DNA of 64,000 bases from an uncultured Fidelibacterota bacterium (GTDB lineage: Bacteria; Fidelibacterota; Marinisomatia; Marinisomatales; TCS55), in assembly GCA_950067765.1 (NCBI GenBank), contig CATMGX010000001.1, positions 9,519 through 73,518 of the forward strand, in the 5' to 3' direction. The notes beneath the pieces are model-generated. The model was not told the origin of the DNA and ran no database searches. It worked only from the letters and a program-made list of their open reading frames with translations. The position numbers and the translations under genes are program-made. Positions 50,516 through 59,010 of this stretch are shown in pieces. Numbering within the stretch: position 1 is the stretch's first letter; every line of letters begins with the position of its first letter.

Positions 50516-50655
50516 TGGGTCAGGAAGTCAATCATTTTTTCAGACGATTATTTCCCGTCCGGCGGAATAAACGGACTCTCATTAGTACGATTGTAATGTT
50601 GATTGCGGTCATTTTTCTTATTAATTATTTATTACAAATTGTCCAGGCGGGATAG
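50515..50655 (+). CDS. 46-aa hypothetical single-TM protein
   Basis: MGQEVNHFFRRLFPVRRNKRTLISTIVMLIAVIFLINYLLQIVQAG. Its ATG overlaps the M50 stop (TAATG) and its TAG abuts the ftcD ATG, so it exactly fills the gap. No family recognised. Confidence 0.35.
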   Translation: MGQEVNHFFRRLFPVRRNKRTLISTIVMLIAVIFLINYLLQIVQAG

Positions 50656-52353
50656 ATGAAACTCGTTGAATGCGTCCCTAATTTTAGCGAAGGAAGAGAT
50701 TTAGGTAAAATTAAAACCATTACCGATGCTATTTCGGGAGTCGATGGTATTACGATTCTCGATGTGGACCCAGGGGCAGATACGAATCGAACCGTGGTGA
50801 CATTTGTTGGAGAGCCTGATCCAGTTTCGGAAGCGGCATTTCTTGGAATCAAATCTGCTGCAGAAATCATTGATATGTCAAAGCATAAAGGGGCTCACGC
50901 CCGCATGGGTGCCACGGATGTATGTCCATTTATTCCCATTGCCAATATGAGTGACGACGAATGTATTAAACTATCCAAAATAGTAGGGAAAAGGGTAGGC
51001 GAGGAATTAGGGATTCCGGTTTTTTTATATGAAAAGTCTGCCCAGAAACCAGATAGAGTAAAATTGCCCACCATCCGAAAAGGGGAATATGAAGGATTGG
51101 CTGAAAAACTAAAGGATGAAAATTGGAAACCGGATTATGGTCCTTCCAAATTCAATGCCGGCGCCGGTGCCACGGTAATGGGCATGCGTGATTTTCTTAT
51201 CGCCTACAATATTAATCTGAATACAAAAGATCAGCGCTTAGCAACTGATATTGCATTTGAACTTCGTGAGAGTGGTCGGAGTAAACGAATCCCCAACCCC
51301 AATTCTCCCAATTTTCTAGATGGGGAAATTGTACGAAATAAGGATGGAAGCCCGGTAAAAGTGGCGGGAATGTTTAAAGATGTGAAAGGCGTCGGCTGGT
51401 ATATTGACACGTTTAAGCGGGCACAGATTTCCATCAATTTCAATAATTATAAAAGTTCCACCATCCATGACGTTTTTGATGCGGCGTGCAAACTGGCAGA
51501 CGAAAGAGGCATTCGGGTAACGGGGAGTGAACTGGTGGGACTTATTCCATTGGATGCAATTATCATGGCGGGGAAGTATTATCTCCAAAAGCAAGGTCGG
51601 ACGATTGGAGTGCCTGAATCAGATATAATTGAGTCCGCTGTCCAATCGTTGGGGTTGAATGATGTCACCCCTTTTGTCCCGAAAGAAAAAATTATTGAAT
51701 TTGCCGTGGGAGAAAAATCAGGAAATCTCATGTCACTATCCGTGGATGGATTCACAAATGAACTTTCCAGTAACAGTCCAGCACCAGGAGGCGGTTCCGT
51801 CGCTGCTTTGGCAGGATCGTTGGGGGCTGCTTTATCATCTATGGTGGCGGCATTGACCCACGAGAAAAAAGGATTTGAATCCCAAAAGACAGAAATGGAT
51901 ATGATTGGCCAGGATGCACAGGCCATCAAAGATCGGTTATCGTTTTTAGTGGATGAAGATACCCATGCATTCAATAAAGTAATGGCTGCAAATCGATTGC
52001 TTGCTTCCAATGATGAAGAAAAAACAATGAAGGCTGATGCGGTTCTAAAAGCCAATCAATATGCCATAGACATTCCATTTGAAGTAGCCACCTTATGTTA
52101 TACCATAATTGAATTGGCCGATGTCTTGGTCAGTAAAGGGAATCCAAACTCGGTCAGTGATGCGGGGGTTGCGGCAGAAGTGGCTTTAGCCGGTGTGCGC
52201 GGTGCGGCCATGAATGTCCTGATCAATTTACCGGGTGTAGACGATGATGCTTATTGCGGGAAAAAAAGAAATGATGTAAATGACCTTATCCAAAAAGCAG
52301 AAGCCAAACATAAAGTGGTATTTGACAAAACGATAGGTGTGATCAATTCATAA
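50656..52353 (+). CDS. ftcD: Bifunctional glutamate formimidoyltransferase / formimidoyl-THF cyclodeaminase
   Basis: N-terminal ECVPNFSEGRD transferase signature. C-terminal cyclodeaminase-type PAPGGGSVAALAGSLGAAL. 565 aa. Confidence 0.85.
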   Translation: MKLVECVPNFSEGRDLGKIKTITDAISGVDGITILDVDPGADTNRTVVTFVGEPDPVSEAAFLGIKSAAEIIDMSKHKGAHARMGATDVCPFIPIANMSDDECIKLSKIVGKRVGEELGIPVFLYEKSAQKPDRVKLPTIRKGEYEGLAEKLKDENWKPDYGPSKFNAGAGATVMGMRDFLIAYNINLNTKDQRLATDIAFELRESGRSKRIPNPNSPNFLDGEIVRNKDGSPVKVAGMFKDVKGVGWYIDTFKRAQISINFNNYKSSTIHDVFDAACKLADERGIRVTGSELVGLIPLDAIIMAGKYYLQKQGRTIGVPESDIIESAVQSLGLNDVTPFVPKEKIIEFAVGEKSGNLMSLSVDGFTNELSSNSPAPGGGSVAALAGSLGAALSSMVAALTHEKKGFESQKTEMDMIGQDAQAIKDRLSFLVDEDTHAFNKVMAANRLLASNDEEKTMKADAVLKANQYAIDIPFEVATLCYTIIELADVLVSKGNPNSVSDAGVAAEVALAGVRGAAMNVLINLPGVDDDAYCGKKRNDVNDLIQKAEAKHKVVFDKTIGVINS

Positions 52354-54111
52354 ATGATTAAACAATTATCAGAAGATTTAAGAAATAAAATCTCCGCAGG
52401 AGAAGTGGTGGAACGACCCGCTTCTGTGGTTAAGGAATTGGTTGAAAATGGTATCGATGCGGGAGCGACAGAGATCACAGTTGTGGTGGAAAAAGGCGGG
52501 CAGCAGCTTATTCAGGTCACAGATAATGGTTCGGGGATTTCTGCCAAAGAATTACCCATCGCTTTTGAAAGTTACAGCACCAGTAAAATAGGGTCTGTGG
52601 ATGATTTATTTAATATTGATACATTAGGATTTAGGGGTGAAGCGCTGGCCAGTATTGCATCTGTAGCCGAAGTAAATGTCTTGTCAGCGAATGAAAGTGG
52701 AGATGGATCAGAAATGTCCATTTTAAATGGACAATTAGGAGCAGTGCAACCGGCACCGGCTGTCCAGGGGACATCCATTACGATTCGGAATTTATTTTAT
52801 AATACACCGGCACGGAAAAAATTTCTAAAAAGCCCCCGAATGGAATTTCGTAAAGTAGTTGAAATGGTTAGACGATTCGCTCTTTCTTATCCTGATCGCA
52901 ATTTTAAACTCATTTCAGACAATAGAGATATCCTCAATCTACAATCTGAAAAATTAGAGAGCCGTATCGTCCATGTGATGGACCCCGCTTATAGGGATCA
53001 ATTGTTGCCAGTCGACTTTACTAAAGGGGATTATACCATTTCGGGATATTTGGGAAATCTCAATTTGATTCGCACCCGCCCCGGAGAACAATATATTTTC
53101 CTCAATGAGCGTTTTATCCAGAATCGTCTCATGAATTCCGGCGTTTACCAAGCCTATAAATCCATTATCAACCGGGGAGAGTATCCATTTTTTGCACTCA
53201 ATATATCCGTACCTCATGATGAGGTGGATGTGAATGTCCATCCCATGAAAACGGAAGTGCGATTTAAAGATGAGTGGCGGATCTATCATGTATTAAAATC
53301 AGCAATCGAAGAAGCTCTCAGCCCCATTTTACATACGATTCCTGATTTTGAAAAACCGGGGTTTTCCTCAGATTTTGAATTCCCTACCACGTTTACGCCC
53401 AAGGAAGGTCAAGCCAACCCAAATCAGGAAGGATTGCACTTGACCCATGGGGATACGGGTAGCAATTTTCAACCTGCATTGGATCGGGCCAAATCCTATG
53501 CATCCCAATTGGCCACACGGCCGGAGCCGGATACTGGGCGCGTTGATTTAGAAAAAATTTGGCAAGTCCATAGTAAATATATTGTTTCGCCCATTACCAG
53601 CGGATTGGTCATTATCGACCAGCATGTGGCCCATGAACGAATTTTATACGAAGAAGTCATGGCTGCATTTGACGCGAACCCCATGGCGGCCCAGACACTG
53701 CTTTTCCCCGAAGTAATGGAATTTTCCCCCGATGAATTCTCCACCTTGCTGGATGTGTTACCTTATTTAGAGAAAATGGGATTTCGCATGAAGGAATTCG
53801 GAAAAAATACGGTCATGATAGAAGCCATTCCATCTGAAATGGCCTGGGGGAATGAAAAAACGATTATACGGGAAATGCTGGATAATTATTTGGATACACA
53901 AAAGAAACATGCCTCATTCCAGGAAGCATTGGCGGCGAGCTTTGCCTGTAAGGCAGCGGTGAAGGCGGGTGACGTGTTGAATGGGGAAGAAATGCGTGAA
54001 CTGGTGAATCGATTATTTGGAACCAAACATCCTTATTATTGTCCTCACGGGCGCCCTATCATAATTCAGTTATCCATGGATGAACTGGACAGAAGATTTG
54101 AGCGAATATAA
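52354..54111 (+). CDS. mutL: DNA mismatch repair protein MutL
   Basis: GHKL ATPase motifs VVKELVENGIDAGAT and LGFRGEAL. C-terminal dimerisation domain with ACKAAVKAGD and PHGRP. Confidence 0.95.
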   Translation: MIKQLSEDLRNKISAGEVVERPASVVKELVENGIDAGATEITVVVEKGGQQLIQVTDNGSGISAKELPIAFESYSTSKIGSVDDLFNIDTLGFRGEALASIASVAEVNVLSANESGDGSEMSILNGQLGAVQPAPAVQGTSITIRNLFYNTPARKKFLKSPRMEFRKVVEMVRRFALSYPDRNFKLISDNRDILNLQSEKLESRIVHVMDPAYRDQLLPVDFTKGDYTISGYLGNLNLIRTRPGEQYIFLNERFIQNRLMNSGVYQAYKSIINRGEYPFFALNISVPHDEVDVNVHPMKTEVRFKDEWRIYHVLKSAIEEALSPILHTIPDFEKPGFSSDFEFPTTFTPKEGQANPNQEGLHLTHGDTGSNFQPALDRAKSYASQLATRPEPDTGRVDLEKIWQVHSKYIVSPITSGLVIIDQHVAHERILYEEVMAAFDANPMAAQTLLFPEVMEFSPDEFSTLLDVLPYLEKMGFRMKEFGKNTVMIEAIPSEMAWGNEKTIIREMLDNYLDTQKKHASFQEALAASFACKAAVKAGDVLNGEEMRELVNRLFGTKHPYYCPHGRPIIIQLSMDELDRRFERI

Positions 54112-54173
54112 CGAATAAAATTATCGATATTTTTGATTATTGATTTTCGATGTTGAATGATTAGTTCATCCAA

Positions 54174-54722
54174 TTAAACGGGCCGGCTTAACATCATTTT
54201 TTCCATTGGAATAATCGTTACAAAAATATCTGGAGATGATTCAAATTCATAAGGTTTACCTATAACATACCCTTGGTTTTTATATAAATGAACTCCTGGT
54301 AATGTGGAACCTAATTCTAGTTTGGTAAATCCACTATCCCATGCTTGTTTTTCGCAATGAATCAATAGTTTTTTACCTAGTCCTTTTCGAACATAATTTG
54401 GATGGATAAAGAAGGCTCTTATTCTTGCTGCATCTGAAATGGGGTCAAGCCTTTCACTATCTCGATCTTTACGGGTACTACTTCCAAAAAGTGTTTTTCT
54501 AAAACTCCAACCTCCGCATCCGATTATTTCATCGTTTCCCAAAATAAGATAATATGTTTCGTCTTCTATTAGTTGGTTGTCTAATCCCCATGCGCCACGT
54601 AAAGCATCTTCAATTTGTTTAGGAGTATAATCCGTAATACATAATTTTCTGGCAGATAACTTAATGAGTTTAGAAATCTCATTAATATGTGTTTGGTTTG
54701 CTAGTTCAATTAAATATTCCAC
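54174..54722 (-). CDS. GNAT-family N-acetyltransferase
   Basis: Acetyl-CoA binding motif VRKGLGKKLL and a typical GNAT length (182 aa). Confidence 0.8.
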   Translation of the reverse strand: MEYLIELANQTHINEISKLIKLSARKLCITDYTPKQIEDALRGAWGLDNQLIEDETYYLILGNDEIIGCGGWSFRKTLFGSSTRKDRDSERLDPISDAARIRAFFIHPNYVRKGLGKKLLIHCEKQAWDSGFTKLELGSTLPGVHLYKNQGYVIGKPYEFESSPDIFVTIIPMEKMMLSRPV

Positions 54723-55003
54723 GGTAAACTTCGAGACTAAGTTTATTTTCTTACTTTAACTATTAATGTTCTAATTTTTTATACTTAGGTAACCAATAGG
54801 CCGCACCCCAAATTAATGATTGTATAATGGCACCTTTTTTGTTCGATGATGTATGAATAACCTGCTGTGCGAATGGTGTAAATATTTCAAGTAAATGGAC
54901 AACTAAAAACAGTGGTAATAGCCATTTCAATAAATAATTAAAATTTTAATTCCTGTAACCATAATCATCCTTTTTTATTATCCTTTGCTTGTGCAAGTTT
55001 AAT

Positions 55004-56257
55004 TTATTTTTCCAGACGGTTATATTTCTTCATAATCTTTTTCACGCGATCATGAGGTAAAGCCCACACCTTATTATTATTAATCCCTACCATGGTTTCT
55101 GCTGCAACCAAAGTGTTGATAATGGCCTCTTCCACCGCTTGAACCGTCGCTTCAAAAAGGGGTGAAATCATCCGATTTGGCAGCATTTCAACATGGACTG
55201 CTTTATCAGAAAAAGCCACGTTCGGATTGGCAGTCGAAAATGCAATGAAAATATCGCCGGAGCCATCATGGGCATATCCGCCTACTTTACCCACCCCCAT
55301 GGGAACCCGTCGAGCCAACCGTTTCATTTGATGAGCCAGCAACGGCGCATCAGTGGCGATGACAACAATGATGGAACCATCACCCTCATCCTTTTTCTTA
55401 TAATTGTCCTGGGGCATATTCTCAGGGATCTCTTTTCCCACCGGAACACCTGCAATGGATAGATTTTTTCGAGAACCATAATTCGCCTGAACCAAAACAC
55501 CCAAAGTATAATCCTGTTTCTTGATGGTTACCACACGAGAAGCCGTCCCAATTCCCCCTTTAAAAGAATGGCAAACCATTCCGGTGCCACCGCCAACATT
55601 TCCTTCTTCAACGGGTCCGCCTTTTGCATTTCGAATGGCATCGTGAGCATGTTTTTCTTGGACATGGAATCCGTTAATGTCGTTCAAAAATCCGTCCCAG
55701 GTCTCCGCCACGATGGGCAGGGACCACCAATATCCACTGGCATCCGCAGATCCCTGGCTCGCCCGCCAGGAAATGACGGCATCCCGGACAATGCCAACAC
55801 TATGGGTATTGGTTATCAGAATGGGTCCTTCTGCAAATCCGGATTCTTCAATCCAGGTGGTTCCGGTCATTTCCCCATTGCCATTTAAGGATGACCAACC
55901 AGCAAAACAAGGGTCGTCTAAACTTCGATTTCCTCTGGGAAGAATTGCTGTGACCCCAGTACGTACCGGGCCTTTCCCAACTGTTAAAGCGCCATCCCCT
56001 CGAATTATTGTAGCATGGCCAACTTCCACTCCTTTTACATCTGTAATGGCATTGAATGGTCCCGGCTTCCCGTCAAAAGGAATCCCCAAATCCCGGGCTC
56101 TTACCGGCTGTTGTCCTTGAACATAGGATGTTGATAAAAAAATACAAACTATTATGGCATGGGATAATATGGATGTGAGGGTGTTATTTTTGGTTAAGAA
56201 TCGTTTTATACTTAAAACAGAATGGATTCTTAACTGTGGTTTTTTCTTTGAATTCAT
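55004..56257 (-). CDS. Secreted peptidase family S58 (DmpA/P1 aminopeptidase-like)
   Basis: NAITDVKGVEVGHATI N-terminal signature and NVGGGTGMVCH self-processing region. I prefer Met45 of the ORF-track entry (ATG at 56257, preceded by GGGAGA), which gives a signal-peptide-like N-terminus. Confidence 0.75.
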   Translation of the reverse strand: MNSKKKPQLRIHSVLSIKRFLTKNNTLTSILSHAIIVCIFLSTSYVQGQQPVRARDLGIPFDGKPGPFNAITDVKGVEVGHATIIRGDGALTVGKGPVRTGVTAILPRGNRSLDDPCFAGWSSLNGNGEMTGTTWIEESGFAEGPILITNTHSVGIVRDAVISWRASQGSADASGYWWSLPIVAETWDGFLNDINGFHVQEKHAHDAIRNAKGGPVEEGNVGGGTGMVCHSFKGGIGTASRVVTIKKQDYTLGVLVQANYGSRKNLSIAGVPVGKEIPENMPQDNYKKKDEGDGSIIVVIATDAPLLAHQMKRLARRVPMGVGKVGGYAHDGSGDIFIAFSTANPNVAFSDKAVHVEMLPNRMISPLFEATVQAVEEAIINTLVAAETMVGINNNKVWALPHDRVKKIMKKYNRLEK

Positions 56258-56436
56258 TTTTTCTCCCATCTTAAATTTGCAATCGATAAGATAGAGTTTA
56301 CGTTGCTTCTTACCATAGAATATGAAAGAAAATATTGATATGTGCATCCAGCATCCCTGCTGGATGATTTCCGTGATCAAGATGATCATGGCACAAATGA
56401 ATGTATCTCGTAATCAGAGATGATCACTTTACATAT

Positions 56437-57363
56437 ATGAAAAAAATATTAACCATAATTGGTCCCACTGCAAGCGGGAAAACAGCGATTTCTGTAGCCA
56501 TGGCAAAACAGATTGGAGGTGAAATCGTTAGTTTGGACTCCCGCCAAATTTACAAGGGAATGTCCATCGGTACAGCACAGCCGTCATTGGAAGAGAAAGG
56601 AGGTATTCCCCATCACCTCATTGGGATTCAAAACCCCGATACCGAAGTGGCTGCCGGTCATTACGCTGAAATGGTTATTAAGGTAGTAGCGGATATTCAA
56701 AAAAGAAAAAAGATACCTATTATTTGTGGAGGAGCTGGACTCTATTATAGGGCGATAACAAAAGGAATTTTTGAGGGGAGTTTCTCCGATGCAAGTATTC
56801 GGAAAAAATTAGAAAAAGAATATGATATCCATGGGGGAGATTTCATGTTGGAGCGACTGCAAGAAGTCGATCCGGATTATGCAGAAAATGTGCACCCCAA
56901 TAATAAAAAACGTCTCGTCCGTGCTTTGGAGATTTATGAATTAACGGAGAAATCTCCTTCCAGTCATTTTCAGGAACAACAGATATCTCCAACAGATACA
57001 TTGGATTTGTTTACTATATATCTTGCGTGGGATCGGTCCATTTTAAAAGATCGAATTGCTGAAAGAACTGAAAAAATGTTATCGGATGGGTGGGTAAGGG
57101 AGGTTCAAAATCTATTGGAAGCATACCCAAACAAACATTTACACCCATTAGATTCGATCGGATACCGACAAATCATTTCTTTTATAAATGGTGAATTATC
57201 AGAATCAGAAATGAAATCAAAAATAATCATTCGAACACGCCAGTTTGCTAAACGACAAATCCAGTGGTTTCGGAATGAAAAAGTTGACCTGACAATAAAT
57301 ATGAACCCAAACCGAATGAATGAGGACATTATCAAAGAAATTCTTAAAGGAATAAGTTATTAG
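56437..57363 (+). CDS. miaA: tRNA dimethylallyltransferase
   Basis: GPTASGKT P-loop 9 residues after Met13 of the ORF-track entry, plus DSRQIYKGMSIGTAQP. I prefer ATG 56437. Confidence 0.9.
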   Translation: MKKILTIIGPTASGKTAISVAMAKQIGGEIVSLDSRQIYKGMSIGTAQPSLEEKGGIPHHLIGIQNPDTEVAAGHYAEMVIKVVADIQKRKKIPIICGGAGLYYRAITKGIFEGSFSDASIRKKLEKEYDIHGGDFMLERLQEVDPDYAENVHPNNKKRLVRALEIYELTEKSPSSHFQEQQISPTDTLDLFTIYLAWDRSILKDRIAERTEKMLSDGWVREVQNLLEAYPNKHLHPLDSIGYRQIISFINGELSESEMKSKIIIRTRQFAKRQIQWFRNEKVDLTINMNPNRMNEDIIKEILKGISY

Positions 57364-57385
57364 GAAAGCCTTTTCCCTTTTTCAT
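57363..57385 (+). terminator. Weak candidate terminator after miaA
   Basis: GGAAA-GCCT-TTTCC, then CTTTTTC. The stem is only 5 bp. Confidence 0.3.
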
Positions 57386-57400
57386 TTTTCATTTTAAATT

Positions 57401-57502
57401 AGGGTGTCCTTTAAACCGTTCCAGAGAGATGGTAAGGGCAGCAAATCGACCTCCGAATCAGGAATCTGTTGGAACGGAATCCAGGCTGCCCGGAGGTTTT
57501 TT
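57401..57502 (+). promoter_or_regulatory. PyrR-binding attenuator-like leader of the pyrR-pyrB-pyrC operon
   Basis: UCCAGAGAG at 57420-57428 sits in the loop of a hairpin (CCTT..ACC / GGT.AAGG). Downstream is a GC stem, CCTCCG (57450-57455) / CGGAGG (57491-57496), followed by T6 (57497-57502). Then comes the AGGAGG RBS and ATG 57520. Competing helices can be drawn: GGGCAGC 57436-57442 / GCTGCCC 57485-57491, and CCGTTCC 57416-57422 / GGAACGG 57471-57477. Confidence 0.65.
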
Positions 57503-57519
57503 ATTATCAGGAGGTGTCC

Positions 57520-58074
57520 ATGGCATCGACTTACACAAAACAGGTCATGAATTCAACGGATGTGAACCGATCAGTCACGCGTCTGGCCCATGAAATTTTA
57601 GAGCGTAATGGCGGTGCAGATCAGCTATTGTTGGTTGGCATTCTTACTCGTGGTGAACCTTTAGCCAAACGGTTACAATCTCTCATTCAAAAAATTGCTA
57701 AAGTTGCTGTGCCCATGGGGTCGGTGAATATCACTTTTCACCGGGATGACTTCCGGGATCGGTTGGTCGTTCCACAGGTGAAGGGTACCGATATCAATGA
57801 TTCCATCGATGATAAAACGGTCGTTTTGGTAGATGATGTCCTTTTTACAGGGCGAACAATACGGGCGGCTATGGATGAACTGAATGCATTCGGCCGACCC
57901 CAAAAAGTACAATTAGCTGTTCTGGTGGACCGGGGGCATCGAGAGCTACCCATTCGAGCTGATTTTGTTGGTAAAAATATTCCCACCCACGAGGGTGAAC
58001 ATGTAGAAGTTCAACTGAAAGAAGTGGATGGAAAAGACCAAGTGTTCTTGGCGCAATTTGAAGGAGATAAGTGA
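57520..58074 (+). CDS. pyrR: Bifunctional pyr operon regulator / uracil phosphoribosyltransferase PyrR
   Basis: MASTYTKQVMNS... with PRPP motif VLVDDVLFTGRTIRAA. ATG 57520 is preceded by AGGAGG. The ORF-track start at 57469 lies inside the leader terminator. Confidence 0.9.
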   Translation: MASTYTKQVMNSTDVNRSVTRLAHEILERNGGADQLLLVGILTRGEPLAKRLQSLIQKIAKVAVPMGSVNITFHRDDFRDRLVVPQVKGTDINDSIDDKTVVLVDDVLFTGRTIRAAMDELNAFGRPQKVQLAVLVDRGHRELPIRADFVGKNIPTHEGEHVEVQLKEVDGKDQVFLAQFEGDK

Positions 58075-59009
58075 TGTTGCAGCAAAAACATCTACTGGGA
58101 TTGGAAGGATATCCAGCGGAGGATATTCAAACCATTATTGATACGGCCTTCACCTTTAGAGAAGTGTTAGACCGTCCCATTAAAAAAGTACCTTCTTTAC
58201 AGGGTAAAACAATTGTAAATCTTTTTTTCGAAAATTCAACGCGAACGCGGATTAGTTTTGAATTGGCGCAAAAGAGGCTCAGCGCAGACACCGTTAATTT
58301 TTCGGCATCCACATCCAGTTTGAAGAAGGGTGAGACTTTCAAGGATACAGCACAAAATATTGAAGCAATGAAAATTGATGCGGTGGTGATGCGTCATCCC
58401 ACACCGGGTGCATCTTTGCACCTAACCCAGCATATTAATTCTATTGTCATTAATGCGGGGGACGGGACCCATGAACATCCGACCCAAGCCATATTGGATA
58501 TGACAAGTCTTCAAGAAAAATTTGGATATTTAAAAGGATTAAAAGTTGGTATTATTGGTGATATCTCTCACAGTCGTGTGGCCCTGAGTAATATTCATGG
58601 ATTGAAAACCATGGGTGCAGAAGTCACACTTTGCGGTCCCTCAACGTTGATTCCACCCTTTGCAGAAGATTTGGGGGTATCAGTGAATTACAATGTAGAT
58701 GAGGTGATTGAATGGGCAGATGCACTCAATGTACTTCGAATCCAACGAGAAAGAATGGGAGGCGGACTATTGCCATCCGTTAGAGAATATCGAAATCTGT
58801 TTGGTATTACGACAGAACGTTTATCCATGCATAAAAAAGAAATTGTCATTATGCACCCGGGTCCTATGAATCGCGGGGTGGAAATTGACAGTTCGGTGGC
58901 AGACAGCGATCAAGCTATCATCCTGGATCAGGTATTGAATGGTGTGGCATCACGTATGGCCATTTTATATTTATTATTAGGCGGAAAGCAGGAGGAGGGG
59001 AATAGTTAA
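58074..59009 (+). CDS. pyrB: Aspartate carbamoyltransferase catalytic subunit
   Basis: FFENSTRTR, HEHPTQAILD and HPGPMNRG motifs. ATG 58074 overlaps the pyrR stop (TGATG). AAGGAG lies 7 nt upstream. Confidence 0.95.
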   Translation: MLQQKHLLGLEGYPAEDIQTIIDTAFTFREVLDRPIKKVPSLQGKTIVNLFFENSTRTRISFELAQKRLSADTVNFSASTSSLKKGETFKDTAQNIEAMKIDAVVMRHPTPGASLHLTQHINSIVINAGDGTHEHPTQAILDMTSLQEKFGYLKGLKVGIIGDISHSRVALSNIHGLKTMGAEVTLCGPSTLIPPFAEDLGVSVNYNVDEVIEWADALNVLRIQRERMGGGLLPSVREYRNLFGITTERLSMHKKEIVIMHPGPMNRGVEIDSSVADSDQAIILDQVLNGVASRMAILYLLLGGKQEEGNS

Positions 59010-59010
59010 G

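Noticed and set aside
51579-52055. 158-aa minus-strand ORF inside ftcD
   Set aside because: It is antisense to the Ala/Gly-rich cyclodeaminase domain. This is typical shadow-ORF composition, with no start context.
54763-54930. 55-codon hydrophobic minus-strand ORF (LKWLLPLFLVVHLLEIF...) in the GNAT-peptidase spacer
   Set aside because: Only a TTG start is available, there is no SD and I recognise no family. It may be real, but the support is too weak to annotate.
55193-56120. Plus-strand ORFs of 89, 106 and 147 aa inside the S58 peptidase gene
   Set aside because: These are antisense shadow ORFs of a relatively GC-rich gene. Their translations are Pro/Gly/Ser/Arg-rich with no motifs, and they overlap a well-supported CDS completely.
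56258-56436. N-terminal extensions in the ORF track for the peptidase (to 56389), miaA (from 56401), pyrR (from 57469), the second lol permease (from 29800) and gmhA (from 48415)
   Set aside because: In each case an internal ATG gives a canonical N-terminus (signal peptide, P-loop spacing, or ATGA/TAATG coupling with an RBS). The extension would overlap a neighbouring gene or a regulatory structure.
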